From the NCBI RefSeq assembly GCF_004010195.1, contig NC_057736.1, forward strand, positions 5,853,376-5,917,375: DNA of 64,000 nucleotides, given 5' to 3'. This DNA comes from Chiloscyllium plagiosum (Eukaryota). The position numbers and the translations under genes are program-made. Positions 62,043 to 64,000 of the stretch are shown here, one piece after another (the stretch's first letter is position 1; each line of letters opens with the position of its first letter). A model generated the notes under the pieces. That model had not been told where the DNA came from. It was given only the letters and a program-made list of their open reading frames with translations, and did not search any database.

Positions 62043-64000
62043 GTTGGAGTTGTTGGAGAAGGAAATCAATCCAAGAGTTGATTCCATTGGTAGCACTCTT
62101 CTTTCTGAGTTAGAAAATTGAGTTCAATTTCAAGGAATGGGATTTGAAAACACAGTCCAGGCTGACAGTGCAGCAGCCTCACAGTACTGCACTGACAGGC
62201 ACCAGCTTCCAAATGAAACATTGAAAGTAGTCACAGAGATGGTAAAATGTGCCGTATAAAGTAATGCATTTAAATGTTTCCATTGTTTCAGATTTTCTTT
62301 GCTCAGCAGCTTTGCCTTTGTCTTATGGGAGCATTCAGTATTCTGTTTTAGTTTTAAATTTGAATATTTTAAGGAGTTTATTGCTAGAATGTTCATCATT
62401 GCTGTTCATTTCTCATACAATCTATTGCTGAAAATGATTCCTACTTGCATTCTTGCGTACCCTGGATCATCTGAAAAGCATGAAGATGATTACTCTCTTG
62501 TAGAAGCACCACAAGTGAAATATTACATTAAAATAAGTTAACTCCACTCAAATGAAGTCTGCGCAGTTATTAGTGGAGTGCAATGTATTGGAAACTTTGT
62601 GTGTTTTGTTAACATATTATGTCACATTTTAGCATTGTTTAAAAAATTAGCAGCATTAAATCAAATGGCCTTTGATGACCTTGGAATGTTCATTTTGGAA
62701 AAGTTAATTGTGGCTGCAGTGGAATGGAGTCCAGGCAGGACTGACAGTAAAACTGACAGAACATTCCTTTTTATATCATACTTACTAGGTTCTTCAGTTA
62801 GTAATATTTTATTTTATGGTTGTAAATTTTCATCTCTTAAATGAACCACATAATTTATGTCTGCCGAGTAATTAATGACTTATTTGTATTGCCTTTTTGA
62901 AATGAATATCTTAATTATAGCACTTACCATAACAAATAATTCATTCCATCTAGTGCTGTACTTTCCCTTCAGATGCACTTGAGTTATGCAAGTTTACTAC
63001 TGTCTAATGAAAGATTTGACAATGTATTGAATTTATTTTCAATGGAGAACAAAGCAAAAGTACTGTTGATGGAGGGAACTAGTGTTATGCATCACATTCA
63101 CATCACCTCAGAAATAAGGTTTTGAAAGTGGATAGCTGCTTTCAAGATGGATAGTGGTACCTGCATCATGAAACAATGGAATCCCTTCAAGATATGATGA
63201 ACTGAACATAAAGAACAGCAAAGAATTGTGGATTTAAAAACCAGAGCAAAATTATGCTTCTGAGTATTTACTCTTCACCAATCCAAGGCAATTTCATTTC
63301 CTTTTTTTTTTACACGGCTGCCCACAACAACATGGCTTCCCACAGTTGAGTTAATTTTCCAATTATCTTTTTATGGTACACTTTGTTTTTACTATAAGGC
63401 TTTGCATTCAACCATTTCTTTTATATGCTCACAGTGCTCGGATCTTCAAACTAAAGGAAAGCAATGCCTGAAGGATTTGCCAGGATCACTGCTACATTTG
63501 CTACATCCCAACCCTAGTCCAGCAGTCAGATTTATTGTTTATCTTATGATCTACATGTACTTTTCTTTAACTCAAGCTAACCCCTGATGAAATGGGCCTC
63601 CTGTTACAATGGCATTTAGTTAAGTTAAACAAGTCTTCATTATTGAAGATTCTGTGTAATATAAATATCACATTGCTGAATGCATTGACTTAATAAGCCT
63701 GTTGTGTTTAATCTTAATGGGCTGAGGACTAGATGGCTGTGACTAAACATGTTTCATGACAACTTGAAGCATGTTTCTGTCAGATTGAAACAGCCAAAGG
63801 CCTTGGTGTAGATGCTTGCTTCTTTGGGATAGATGGATTCCTTTGTTATACACTGTGAAGTGTGGTAATGTGAAATTACTCTCCTGACTACATATTAGGT
63901 TAAGGACTGCTTGAAGGGAAAACCTCTTAAGTGTCAGAATTTGCAAAATGAACAGCTGCAAGTGACTCGTTCATCTTTATAACAGTCTAGTTGGTTTTTA

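Overview
Repeat-rich, AT-rich vertebrate genomic DNA, almost certainly from a cartilaginous fish (shark). The inference rests on abundant CR1/HER1-type LINE fragments, HE1-type V-SINEs and Deu-type SINEs. Two host genes lie head-to-head about 9.3 kb apart. On the + strand, 42811-42864 is the 54-nt first coding exon of an NKAIN gene (MGRCNGRCTLIVLCSLQL|gtaagt, best fit NKAIN1); its intron 1 runs past the window end. On the - strand is an unidentified multi-exon gene starting at 33479 with an N-terminal hydrophobic anchor, with further candidate exons at 14745-14810, 14560-14661, 1333-1405 and 797-906. Its position and N-terminus hint at a triadin/junctin-ASPH-like paralogue. The most striking non-genic signal is about 20 insertions from roughly four Penelope-like element (PLE) families. 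About a dozen keep a recognisable minimal hammerhead-ribozyme core (CUGANGA-stem II-GAAA). Many are short, ORF-less fold-back palindromes with target-site duplications (TSDs). The window also holds a nested CR1/Gypsy/CR1 stack, a Tx1-like LINE 3' end, probable Harbinger, RTE and gag remnants, solo LTRs and one 182-nt assembly gap. All calls were made by eye, so repeat boundaries are approximate.
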